Part shown: positions 1 through 9,251 of the stretch, one piece after another
How positions within the stretch are numbered: the first letter of the stretch is position 1
Layout of the letters: every line of letters begins with the position of its first letter
Source: Hylemonella sp. UBA6679
GTDB taxonomy: Bacteria > Pseudomonadota > Gammaproteobacteria > Burkholderiales > Burkholderiaceae_C
Assembly (NCBI GenBank): GCA_002454975.1
Contig: DKJZ01000109.1
Coordinates: 11,685-75,684, forward strand
Direction: 5' to 3'
Length of the DNA stretch: 64,000 bases
Made by a program: the position numbers and the translations under genes
Notes under the pieces: model-generated
What the model saw: only the letters and a program-made list of their open reading frames with translations
The model's database searches: none
Told to the model about the DNA's origin: nothing

Positions 1-10
1 CGCCCAGGCC

Positions 11-2179
11 TTGCTGAGCTCAGATGCTGCCCATGTGTCGTCTGTGTCTGTGCTTGATTCCAGTGCATCTATTGCAAGCAACCTTGATGAATTGCAAGCC
101 ATGGGCTCCAAGTTGAGCGCCATTACACAAGATGGCACGGCTGCCACTATGACTATCACGCGCTCGCAGATGCTTCTTGACGCTGCAGCTTTGGGCAAAG
201 TCACTAACGACTACACCATCAACTTGACTGATGCGACCGCTGCGCAAGCCCTGTCCTTGGCAACCGACTCCAAAGTGGTGAATGTTGCTGTAGTCGACAC
301 CGCAGCCAATATCTCTAAAAACTGGAGGGCCCTGTCGCAGCTGGGTACCAAGCTTGTCAGCGTGGACGTGAGCGATGATGACAATGCCCTCAACATCACT
401 GAGTCACAAATTGATGTGAGCGGTGCTGTCGTCTTGTTGATGCCTGACAACACCGTGTTTGTGAACAATGCATTGTCTGAACATGCCAGTGCCATTGCTG
501 AAAAATATCCAAATGCACGCATCAACGTAGTTGATACCGCATTGAGCATTGCTCAAAACTTTGGAACTTTGGCAGAGTTGAATGCCAATTCTGGCGTAGA
601 GAAACTCAACTCTATTCGAATTGGTGATGGTCAAACATTGGCACTGACAGCTGAACAATGGAGCCTGGGGGCTAAGGCTGTCGAGAAATTGGCTGGCAGC
701 TACAGTATCAGTGTGAGCGATGTTGCGGCTGCAGATGCCCAAGACGTGGCTGCTGCGGCCCATGTGTCAAGCCTGACTGTGAAAGACAGCAGTGCCAATG
801 TCTTCAGTCAACTGGCACAGCTTGAAAACCTGGCGGCCACAGGCAAGCTCACCAACATCGTTCTTGAAGACGATGATGTCATGCATCTGACCCAAGCCGA
901 ATACAACCAATATGCACACGCTTTGGGTCGTATCAAAGCCAACTTGAATCTCGATGTGACAGATGTTGCCGCAGCTGATGCCGATGACGTTGCTTCGAAC
1001 ACCGCCGTGGTGAGCCTGGCCGTCAAGGACACAGCGCAAAACATCACGGACAACCTCTTCGAGTTGCATGCGCTCGTAACCACCTTGAACAGCGTGGAAG
1101 TGACGGATAGCCAAGAAGTTCAAATGAGCTACGAGCAATACTTGGCCCGTGCAGACCTGATAGAAAAGATCACCGGTGGCACATTTGCTTTGACAGAAGC
1201 GCTTGTTAGCAGCTTGACGGCGCTTACCAGCGATGTAAAAGTCACACACTTCACTATCAATGGCAGCAGCAGTGACTTGGCGGGGCGTTGGGATGATTTG
1301 TTGGCAGCAGGTACGCAGCTCACAGCACTTACCCAGACTGGATTGCTAGCCACGATGTTCATCACCGCAGGTCAATATGCTGACAGTGTTGATTTGCTTG
1401 CTAAATTCACCGACACCTACAGCTTGTCTGTGAGTGGTGTTTTGGCTGGTGACGCAAAATCGCTGACAAATGCTGATGCCTTTGTTTCATCTGTGGCAGT
1501 CATTGGCACAGCACAACAAATCAGCACAAACCTGAACGATTTGTTAGACCTTGAAGACAAGCTGTTGAGTATCAGCCAAACTGGTTCGGCAGATGTTGCC
1601 GTGACAGCTTTGCAATATCAGGTTAATCCGCAGTTGTTGGGCCTCTTCAACACCCCAGTCAGCTTTGCAGTCAGCGATTTGTTGGCTAATGATGCCGTTT
1701 TGATCGGTAAGCAAACTGATGTGGCTCACTTCACGGTGTCTGACACGGCAGATAATGTTGCGCAGCAGCTCAATGATTTGCAGGGCATGGTTGACAAAGT
1801 GACGGGCATCACATTCACCGACGCTTCCCCAGTGTTGGTTGTTGATGCCTCCGATTGGTCGGCTGATGCCAATGTCGTTGCAAAAATTCAGTCGAATTAC
1901 GCTTTGAACTTGACGGGTGTCTTCGCTGGAGACGCCACTACCCTTGCTGGTCTATCTCTCCCCGCTAAAGCAACTGGTATTCAGTTGACGGTGTCAGACA
2001 GTGAACAAAATATCCTCAATAACCTGGCTGATCTGAACACCTTGGAATTGGCCGGTAAGCTGTCAGAAATTTCTGCGTCTGATACCCATGTGCTCAATGT
2101 CACAGCCCAAGAGGCTGCTGACTACAGTGCCGTCCTGGCCCGTCTGTCATCGCAAGACACCTACGAAATCACCGCTTAA
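11..2179 (+). CDS. C-terminal part of a large tandem-repeat protein (at least 9 divergent ~80-aa repeats); 5' end lies outside the window
   Basis: The reading frame stays open to the window edge. The signature V.S..V.D(S/T)..N(I/V)...L..L......L..I...D....(T/S)..Q recurs about every 80 aa. TAA at 2177-2179 is followed by a hairpin terminator. Confidence 0.75.
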   Translation: MLSSDAAHVSSVSVLDSSASIASNLDELQAMGSKLSAITQDGTAATMTITRSQMLLDAAALGKVTNDYTINLTDATAAQALSLATDSKVVNVAVVDTAANISKNWRALSQLGTKLVSVDVSDDDNALNITESQIDVSGAVVLLMPDNTVFVNNALSEHASAIAEKYPNARINVVDTALSIAQNFGTLAELNANSGVEKLNSIRIGDGQTLALTAEQWSLGAKAVEKLAGSYSISVSDVAAADAQDVAAAAHVSSLTVKDSSANVFSQLAQLENLAATGKLTNIVLEDDDVMHLTQAEYNQYAHALGRIKANLNLDVTDVAAADADDVASNTAVVSLAVKDTAQNITDNLFELHALVTTLNSVEVTDSQEVQMSYEQYLARADLIEKITGGTFALTEALVSSLTALTSDVKVTHFTINGSSSDLAGRWDDLLAAGTQLTALTQTGLLATMFITAGQYADSVDLLAKFTDTYSLSVSGVLAGDAKSLTNADAFVSSVAVIGTAQQISTNLNDLLDLEDKLLSISQTGSADVAVTALQYQVNPQLLGLFNTPVSFAVSDLLANDAVLIGKQTDVAHFTVSDTADNVAQQLNDLQGMVDKVTGITFTDASPVLVVDASDWSADANVVAKIQSNYALNLTGVFAGDATTLAGLSLPAKATGIQLTVSDSEQNILNNLADLNTLELAGKLSEISASDTHVLNVTAQEAADYSAVLARLSSQDTYEITA

Positions 2180-2218
2180 TCTGTTTGCTACTTGATTTCT
2201 ATCGTCTTTTGCCAGACC

Positions 2219-2247
2219 AAAAAAAACGGCCTTGAAGGCCGTTTTTT
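2219..2247. terminator. Bidirectional rho-independent terminator shared by two convergent repeat-protein genes
   Basis: AAAAAAAACGGCC-TTGAA-GGCCGTTTTTT: a perfect stem with an A-tract on one side and a T-tract on the other, between the stops at 2179 (+) and 2263 (-). Confidence 0.85.
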
Positions 2248-2262
2248 ACTGGCTGATTGGGA

Positions 2263-5200
2263 TCAGCTGGTCTTTGAGAAATCTGCTTTGAAGTAAACAG
2301 CACTGCCACTGTCAGTGACTTTATAGACCGAGTCAGCTGGCGCCGGCGAGTTCTGATCGTCCTTCATTGCTTGAGTCACCATCTCTAAAGACAAACCGGC
2401 AGCATCGCTTGGCACCCAAGTACTGCCACCATCGGTCAACGCTTTGCTGCTGTCCAATGGCTTGAGGCTGGTGCCCGATGCCAAATCTTTACCCACCAGG
2501 TAGTAGGTGTTGTTATCAATCTTGGCTTCGTACAAGCCGGCACTTGTGCTGCTTGAGGCAGTGATGGTGCTGCTGATGCTCAAACCAACGGTTCCGTCGC
2601 CATTCAGGTCGCGTTTTGCGGTTACTTCATCCACCAGCAAATCGGCACTGTCTTTGGATGCGGTGCTATCCAAACTCCATTGAGCGTTTGCGTTCTTAAA
2701 AAGATACGCTGTCGTCAAGATGGCGTTGTTATTTTCCGTATCCACTTTTTGTGCGTATACGGTGACTTCGTTTCCTGTCAGTGCTTCAACAATCGATTTA
2801 ACACTGTAATCAGCATCAGGTTTCCAGTAGCCGTTGGTGGCATTGCTGTCAAGCAGGGCAGCAGAGTTGGCGAGGTTATTACCCATTGTTCCCTTCGCGC
2901 TGAGGTTTTTGCCAACAATATAAATCTTGCTGTTTTCTGCATCACTTTCAACGCTTGCGTCTCCCAAGGCCCAACCGTTAGAGGCTTGTGTTGCAATGGA
3001 AGCGTTGCCCACTTTGAAGCCAATGCTGCTGTCGCCATTGAGGTCTTTTTTCGCATCAGCTTCGCGCGTAGCTAAATTGATGCCTGTGATGACGGCGTAA
3101 TCTGTGATGTTTCCATCTGGCGCAAGTTTTAAGGTGCCATCAGCTGCTGCAGAAAACTTGTAACGAACAATGTCTGTTCCAGCGCCATTTGACTTGGTGC
3201 CGAACACCTCAAAATCCTGTCCGGCAGGCTGGTAGGTGCCCTTGATTGTCACATCACTATCAACTGCCCATGGCCCTGTGCCGTCTGCATTCATCAACGC
3301 TTTGCTCAAGTCGATAGGCTTGTCAGTCAGGCTGCGCACCACCAAATAATCCTTGCCCAAAGCGCTGACGTTGATCAAACCTGTTGAACGGCTTGAATCT
3401 AGCAATTCAGAGGCTGCCACAAAACCTACCTTGGTATCTCCGTTCAGATCCTTTTTAGAGGCTTTTTCTGCAGTTGCTAGTTCAACAGCACTCACCAATT
3501 CACTGTTGCCGCCGTTACCGACTTTGCTGGTCGCCTTGTCAAAGGTGTATTTGAAAACATCGTTGCCATTCACTGTGTAAACAAACCGATCATTGCCGTT
3601 GGTCAGCACGGCTTTGATGGTTTCTCCAACGTTGGGGTTCCATGGGCCTGTTCCATCATCGTTGAGCAAGGCGTTACTCAATGAAAGTGGGGTGCCCTTG
3701 GTACCTGGCTGCAGGTTGTCGCCTACAAGCCAGTATTTTGTATTGCCAATCACTTTGGCTTCGGACACACCTTGGTAGGTGGCAGCGCCTTTAGCCAGTG
3801 CGTTGAAACCAATCGCGCCATCATTGTTGAAGTCACGACGTTGTGTGGCTTCTAAGCCCACCAACTCAACGGGATCTACCTCAACGGACTCTTGGAATTT
3901 GTGGTCGCTGTCAAATGTTGTTTTCAATACTGAGGTTTTCGCAGCGTTATAGCTAAAGACCATGAAGTCCGTACCACTTTTCACCATACCGGCAATCGTG
4001 TGGCCAGTTTCTGGTTTCCACGCTGTGGTGTCATCGTACATGAACGCCTTGTCCAGGCTCACGCCCGCGCTACCTGCTTTGCCAGATTTTAAATTCTGGC
4101 CTTCTACATAATAAGTTTGGCCCAACACACTGGCTTTGAACAAGCCCGTGACTCTGTCTGTGGTTTCATCAATTTTTGCACCGACAGCTGCATCGCCATC
4201 GACGTCTTTTTTCAGCAAATTCTCAACAGCGACCAGCTCTTCACTGCTGAGTTTTTCGACGTCTGAAGGTTCATAAACGCGATCGCTAGAAAACTTGTAG
4301 CGCATGACGTCGTTACCGGCTTTGGTGTAAACCTCAAAGCCCGTTCCGCCATCAGATTTCAGAACGCCTTTGAGTGTTTCAGTGGTTGACCAGGGGGTAG
4401 ATCCATCCTCTCCTAGCAAAGCTTTGTCACCTAACTTGGTGCCTTTGAGGGTGATGCTTTCTGCAACCAGAACCACGTTGTCGCTGCCAATAGAAGCTGT
4501 GTACAGGCCGGGTGTTCCCACAGCGCCTTTGGTGATGGTGGCTGTAACGTTAGCGCCTTTGAGCTTATCGCCGTTGATGTCACGACTGATGTCAACTTCA
4601 GCGTCTGCCAGTTCAACAGCGGTCAAGATTTTTCCGTTTGGATCTTCATCGGTATTTTCAAAAGAGGCATTGAAGGTGTTTTTGACATAAGTACCACCTG
4701 TCATACTGCTGTACACCTCATAGCCTCCACCTTGCATTTTGAACATGACCATCTTGTCGGTGGCCTTGTCAAAACCTTCTGGTCCTGTCCAAAATGTTCC
4801 GTCTGATAAACGCAAAGCTTGAGACAAATCCTTGGCACCTGTGAGTTTGTCGCTCACAACCAGATAGTCATCGCCCAGGGCTGTACCCCGATACAGTTTT
4901 CCAACCTTATCCACCTCCACCACATTCTTGAGGCCGATAGTGGTGTCACCATTCAAGTCTCTTTTCAGGGTCACCTCTGCCGCAGCCAAGGTTGCAGCAT
5001 CCAGGCTACCCGATTCATCGTCAATCAGCAGGTTGGTGGTTTTGTCAAATGTGTATTGCTTGACATCATTGGCATCTGTTTTGTTGACGGTGATGATCTT
5101 AAGCTTGTCGTTATCGTTCTTATCGATGTATGAAGCCTTGATGTCGTTAGCAGCATCAAGCGCCCAATAACCAGTGTCTGTTTTGAGTGCTTTGCTAAGG

Positions 5201-6591
5201 TCCACTGCCTTTTTGGCATCCTTACTGTCGAGGGTTAGTTTGATGTCGGAGCGCAGGAAGACTGGGTCTCCGCTATCAACTTTGGCGGTGTAAAGCACAT
5301 TACTTTTAGCATCCAAATTGCCTGTGATTCGTGCACCTATATAACCGTCGCCGGTGAGGTCGCGTCCTGCATCCTTCTCGGCGGTGGCCATTTCCTCTTT
5401 GGACATTTCTGTGCGGTCGGCTGTGAGCTTGTAATCCGCATCGAATTGGTACTTAGCAAAAACACCGTCAGTTTCTTTGGCGTAGATGTCAAATCCATTG
5501 ACGCCAGACACAACGCGCATCTGTTTGACGCCAGCAACCTCCGCAACAGACTCTGGTTGCCAAGCTTCGGTGCCATCTTCTGTTAAAAATGCCTGACCTA
5601 GACTTAAAGGCTTACTGGCAGAAGAAGTGAGACTTTTACCAGCAACAAAGTAAGTTGCTCCCAAAACTTCTGTTTGGTAAAGGCCACCATGCGCATCCAG
5701 AGCCTTGTTGACCTTGGCGCCAAAGTTACTGTCGTTGTTCAGGTCGCGCTTGTTGGTCGCCTCAATCAAGGCAAATTCTTTATGCGTGAGCGTTTTTGTG
5801 CCGTTGTTACCCAATTCCCAAGGCTCATTCAACGATGCTCGACTGAAGGTGTATTCGGTCACATCGCTGCTGGTAGATGTGCTGGCATAAATGCGCCAGT
5901 GATCGTCACCGTCGCTCGGGCCGATGGCCCTTAGGGTGGCGTTAGATTCATCAGGCGCCCAAAATGTACCGTCTGAATTGGTGAGTGCAGCAGCGGAGAT
6001 GTCAAAGGACTTGGCTGTAGCAAAGCTTGTGCTTACTGCATACACGTCTTGATCAGCCACAGACATGTGGAATAAGCCGTTTTCTGTATCGGTGTCGTTG
6101 CCATCTGCTTGCACTGACGCGCCAATTTTTGTGTTGCCATCAATGTCTCTGCCGGTGCTGACTTCACTTTTGGACAGTTCAAGCGTGTTAACGCTGATAG
6201 CAGTGTCAGACGTTGCAACCAAAGATTTGTTGTCGGCACTTGCAGCAAACGAATATTTTTCGGCTGTCTTCGCTCCCGTGTCATACACGTAAAGTGAAAA
6301 GCTCCCTGGTGCGCTGTTCGCCACCAAATTCAGACGTGTACTGCTGGGGTCGATAAAAAAGTTGGTTTCTCCGTCGCTCGCTTTTAAAAACATCACGCCC
6401 GACGTGGGGACCAAGCTGTTGCTCGAGAGTGATTTTTTTGAATAAAGCAGGGCGCCAGCTGTAGGTGTTGCGCCTTGCTCTTCATCAGGCAAAGTCGTAG
6501 CGTACAAGTAATCAGCTTTTGCGGTAGGCTGAATTTTGCTGATGACCCTGGGTGCAACAACCCATGCTGAACTCGATACGGCAGCGACCAT
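2263..6591 (-). CDS. 1442-aa repeat protein with about 10 modules, each carrying an EF-hand/dockerin-like (R/K)D(L/I/V)(N/D)GD..(I/V)G loop; no recognisable Sec signal, lipobox or RTX repeats
   Basis: Uninterrupted 4.3-kb ORF. AGGAG lies 6 nt before the ATG at 6591. Loops such as KRDLNGDGTVG, KKDLNGDSSIG, KRDLNGDTTIG, RRDFNNDGAIG and GRDLTGDGYIG recur about every 130 aa, with conserved W/Y positions (DGT.W.P, GLY.A...G..Y.V). Confidence 0.85.
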   Translation of the reverse strand: MVAAVSSSAWVVAPRVISKIQPTAKADYLYATTLPDEEQGATPTAGALLYSKKSLSSNSLVPTSGVMFLKASDGETNFFIDPSSTRLNLVANSAPGSFSLYVYDTGAKTAEKYSFAASADNKSLVATSDTAISVNTLELSKSEVSTGRDIDGNTKIGASVQADGNDTDTENGLFHMSVADQDVYAVSTSFATAKSFDISAAALTNSDGTFWAPDESNATLRAIGPSDGDDHWRIYASTSTSSDVTEYTFSRASLNEPWELGNNGTKTLTHKEFALIEATNKRDLNNDSNFGAKVNKALDAHGGLYQTEVLGATYFVAGKSLTSSASKPLSLGQAFLTEDGTEAWQPESVAEVAGVKQMRVVSGVNGFDIYAKETDGVFAKYQFDADYKLTADRTEMSKEEMATAEKDAGRDLTGDGYIGARITGNLDAKSNVLYTAKVDSGDPVFLRSDIKLTLDSKDAKKAVDLSKALKTDTGYWALDAANDIKASYIDKNDNDKLKIITVNKTDANDVKQYTFDKTTNLLIDDESGSLDAATLAAAEVTLKRDLNGDTTIGLKNVVEVDKVGKLYRGTALGDDYLVVSDKLTGAKDLSQALRLSDGTFWTGPEGFDKATDKMVMFKMQGGGYEVYSSMTGGTYVKNTFNASFENTDEDPNGKILTAVELADAEVDISRDINGDKLKGANVTATITKGAVGTPGLYTASIGSDNVVLVAESITLKGTKLGDKALLGEDGSTPWSTTETLKGVLKSDGGTGFEVYTKAGNDVMRYKFSSDRVYEPSDVEKLSSEELVAVENLLKKDVDGDAAVGAKIDETTDRVTGLFKASVLGQTYYVEGQNLKSGKAGSAGVSLDKAFMYDDTTAWKPETGHTIAGMVKSGTDFMVFSYNAAKTSVLKTTFDSDHKFQESVEVDPVELVGLEATQRRDFNNDGAIGFNALAKGAATYQGVSEAKVIGNTKYWLVGDNLQPGTKGTPLSLSNALLNDDGTGPWNPNVGETIKAVLTNGNDRFVYTVNGNDVFKYTFDKATSKVGNGGNSELVSAVELATAEKASKKDLNGDTKVGFVAASELLDSSRSTGLINVSALGKDYLVVRSLTDKPIDLSKALMNADGTGPWAVDSDVTIKGTYQPAGQDFEVFGTKSNGAGTDIVRYKFSAAADGTLKLAPDGNITDYAVITGINLATREADAKKDLNGDSSIGFKVGNASIATQASNGWALGDASVESDAENSKIYIVGKNLSAKGTMGNNLANSAALLDSNATNGYWKPDADYSVKSIVEALTGNEVTVYAQKVDTENNNAILTTAYLFKNANAQWSLDSTASKDSADLLVDEVTAKRDLNGDGTVGLSISSTITASSSTSAGLYEAKIDNNTYYLVGKDLASGTSLKPLDSSKALTDGGSTWVPSDAAGLSLEMVTQAMKDDQNSPAPADSVYKVTDSGSAVYFKADFSKTS

Positions 6592-6649
6592 GTCCTACTC
6601 CTAATCTTGGTGCACCCCGCCCAAGGCAGGGTTTTCACGTGCTCACCAT

Positions 6650-6676
6650 GATTCGGCTTGACCTTGAAATACTTGA
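6650..6676 (-). promoter_or_regulatory. FliA (sigma-28)-type promoter upstream of the 1442-aa repeat protein gene
   Basis: The minus strand reads TCAAGTAT-N11-GCCGAATC. The -10 element ends 59 nt upstream of the ATG at 6591. The same bipartite motif and spacing occur at five other sites in this window. Confidence 0.65.
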
Positions 6677-6959
6677 ACCGCGTTGACCGCTTTTCGTTAA
6701 TCGACTTCCACGCCGCAGTCTTTTGCCGTGAGACTGACTCTGGGCTTATGCGAACCAACACCACCAGCCCGTACACACACCGGTGGTGTATTGGATGGCC
6801 AGGTCAATCAGCGTGCCCAGTGCGAGCAAGGGCAGACCCAGGTAAACCAAGGCCCACACCACGGCCATGAGGGTAGGGCGCGGCTCAGGAATGCGTCGCC
6901 CCATGACGGTTTGAACCGGTGCTCGTTGAAGAAATTTCCAAGACATAGGGCGGCTGGCT

Positions 6960-7913
6960 GTGACTTTGTTTTCGACTATTCTATGGTCCATGCGCACGCT
7001 CTGGAACCCTGATCAAGCCAGCACTTGGGATGCCGCCCACACCCAGGCAGGAGCCTCGCTGCAGCAAGACTGGGCCTACGGCGCCACCATGAAAATGCTG
7101 GGCGTGGGGGTGCAACGTGTCGTGGTTGAGCAAGACGGTACCCCTGTGGCCCTGGCACAGTTCATCCTGCGATGCTGGGGAGGGTTTGCTGCGGTGGTGT
7201 TGTGCTCTCGCGGCCCGGTGTGGCTGACAGACCTTGACGCCGCTGACAAGCGGCGCTGTTACCGTGCCATCAAACAAAGCCTGCCTTTGAGGGGGCTCAA
7301 GCTTCATGTGGTCACACCAGGTGAGCAGTACGGCTCCTCTTTGGGTTTGTCGCCCTTGCGCCGTGTGGTCACCGGGGCATCTACAGTCATGCTTGACCTT
7401 CAGCTTCCTGAAGGCGAACTGCGCGCTAACCTCGAAGGCAATTGGCGTAACCAGTTGCAAGCCGCAGAAAACGCCGAGTTGAAGGTTGTCAAAATGGCGT
7501 CCAACCCTGGGGCCTATCGTTGGTTGTTAGACGCTGAACTCAAGCAGCGTGTGTCGCGCGGTTTAGACGGCTTGCCACCGCAGTTCTTCGATGTTTATTT
7601 GCACGCCCGCAAGAACCCGGCTGCCACCACCTTGGGCTTACGGGTCGACTTGGGTAAAACGCCAGCTGCAGGCATGGTCTTTTTGATCCATGGCAGCGTG
7701 GCGACTTACCAAGTGGGTTGGAGCAATGACGAGGGCCGTAAGACACGCGCCAACAACTTGCTGTTGTGGCGTGCCCTACAAGAACTCAAGGCCCGTGGCA
7801 TTGCGTGGCTCGACCTGGGTGGCATCAATACCCAGCGCAGTGCTGGCCTGGCCCGTTTCAAGATGGGCACCGGTGGCCAAGTTCAAACCCTGGCCGGTAC
7901 TTACCTGCTTTGA
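6960..7913 (+). CDS. FemAB-like / GNAT (Acetyltransf_6-like) family protein
   Basis: 317-aa ORF with a GTG start at 6960 (alternative ATG at 6990). The C-terminal region YQVGWSNDEGRKTRANNLLLWRALQELKARGIAWLDLGG resembles FemAB-type peptidyl/acyl transferases, recalled from family knowledge. Confidence 0.55.
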   Translation: MTLFSTILWSMRTLWNPDQASTWDAAHTQAGASLQQDWAYGATMKMLGVGVQRVVVEQDGTPVALAQFILRCWGGFAAVVLCSRGPVWLTDLDAADKRRCYRAIKQSLPLRGLKLHVVTPGEQYGSSLGLSPLRRVVTGASTVMLDLQLPEGELRANLEGNWRNQLQAAENAELKVVKMASNPGAYRWLLDAELKQRVSRGLDGLPPQFFDVYLHARKNPAATTLGLRVDLGKTPAAGMVFLIHGSVATYQVGWSNDEGRKTRANNLLLWRALQELKARGIAWLDLGGINTQRSAGLARFKMGTGGQVQTLAGTYLL

Positions 7914-7934
7914 CGCTGAGTGGGTTAGAACCTC

Positions 7935-9197
7935 TCAGTTGGCCATGATTTGGCGATCATTGAGAGGTTGCAGTGGTCGCGCGTTCATTTTGAAGGGGAA
8001 GGCGCTGACTTGCTCGCGTGAGATGTTCACCAAAGAGCGCAAGATATAGAACTTGACTTTTTCTGTGCAGGGTGGGGTGGTGAGCGAGCCATCGTAGTGG
8101 TAGAACTCCAGCTCACGCGGCAGCAGGTTGGCAGGGTTGAAAGCCACACTCTCAGGTTGCACCTCAGGGCCTTCTTTTTGTGGCGCATGCTCCCACAAGG
8201 TTCTGATGCCTGGGTTTTCATTGCCAATCTGTAACAACACGCCCAACACAGCCAGTTCGCCTGCGTCGTTCTTGTGCACAAAGTGAATCACCATGGCTTG
8301 GCGCTTGCCATTCAACGCCTCTTCGCTGGGCCGATGAAAGTGATATTGCAGCAACTCATAAGCGACCCCGTCGATGCGCAATTTACTCCCCGGATTCACA
8401 TTGACCTGAATGGTGTGGCCGTTGTTGATGATGCGTAAGGGTCCCACCTTGTAATCAGGTGCAATGCTGAACCGCACTTTTTGAAACGGGCCCTTGATGT
8501 CCAGAGGCGATTGCTCTTTGCCACGGCCACATTTAGGAAATTCTTTGCCCCAGTTTTCTGGGCCCATCAGGCCTTCATAGTCCCAGTGGACCGCATGCTT
8601 ATCGCCTTTTTTGTCGCCCTTCTTTTCACCATGCTCATCCTTCTTGCTACCAGGGCTGTCTTTGGGCAGTGCTTCTTGGCCGTCGGGTTTAACCGGTGCT
8701 GTTGGCATGGCACATTCAGACAGCGGTTTGACAGGTTTACCGGCTGCTGCCAACGCATATTGGGCAGCGCAAATCACCTTTTGCTGGCGCGACCAGTCGG
8801 TCATCTCAAGTGCTTTTTCAAAAGCGCTCACCGTGCTGGGATCTTGCCCTCCTTTGGTCAGAAGACGCACGCCAGCCAGGCCCAGCACGCGCTCTGCCGA
8901 CAATTTTTTGTCCTTGGCGTAAGCGGCCTCCAGGTCTTCCAAGGTGACGCCGCTGCTCAGCGCAGCTTTGACCGCTTCCATCTGCTGGGCGGTGACCTGC
9001 AAGGGGGCTAGCTTTTCTTTGGTCTCAGTCAGTTCTTTCTCAGCAGCCTCTTGTTTTTTCTCGGTGGCGGAGACTTTGGCTGAGAGTTCAGAGATTTCCG
9101 CCTTGGCGCCAGCACCGGCCTTCCACTGCATGAACGCAAAGCCGCCAGCGCCCAGGGCAGCCAGCAGAAGAACAACAATGGCTATGGTTTTTTTCAT
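7935..9197 (-). CDS. Alpha-class carbonic anhydrase with a ~200-aa N-terminal membrane anchor, coiled coil and lysine-rich linker
   Basis: The C-terminal half carries alpha-CA hallmarks: HWDYEG..GPENWG, SPLDI, NNGHTIQV, QYHFHRPSEE, VIHFVH, YDGSLTTPPCTE. The N-terminus is MKKTIAIVVLLLAALGAGGFAF, followed by a heptad-like E/K-rich stretch. Confidence 0.85.
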   Translation of the reverse strand: MKKTIAIVVLLLAALGAGGFAFMQWKAGAGAKAEISELSAKVSATEKKQEAAEKELTETKEKLAPLQVTAQQMEAVKAALSSGVTLEDLEAAYAKDKKLSAERVLGLAGVRLLTKGGQDPSTVSAFEKALEMTDWSRQQKVICAAQYALAAAGKPVKPLSECAMPTAPVKPDGQEALPKDSPGSKKDEHGEKKGDKKGDKHAVHWDYEGLMGPENWGKEFPKCGRGKEQSPLDIKGPFQKVRFSIAPDYKVGPLRIINNGHTIQVNVNPGSKLRIDGVAYELLQYHFHRPSEEALNGKRQAMVIHFVHKNDAGELAVLGVLLQIGNENPGIRTLWEHAPQKEGPEVQPESVAFNPANLLPRELEFYHYDGSLTTPPCTEKVKFYILRSLVNISREQVSAFPFKMNARPLQPLNDRQIMAN

Positions 9198-9251
9198 GGT
9201 GAGTGACTTGTAATTAGCTCAGTAATAGGCTCGACACGAGTTCTGAAAACT

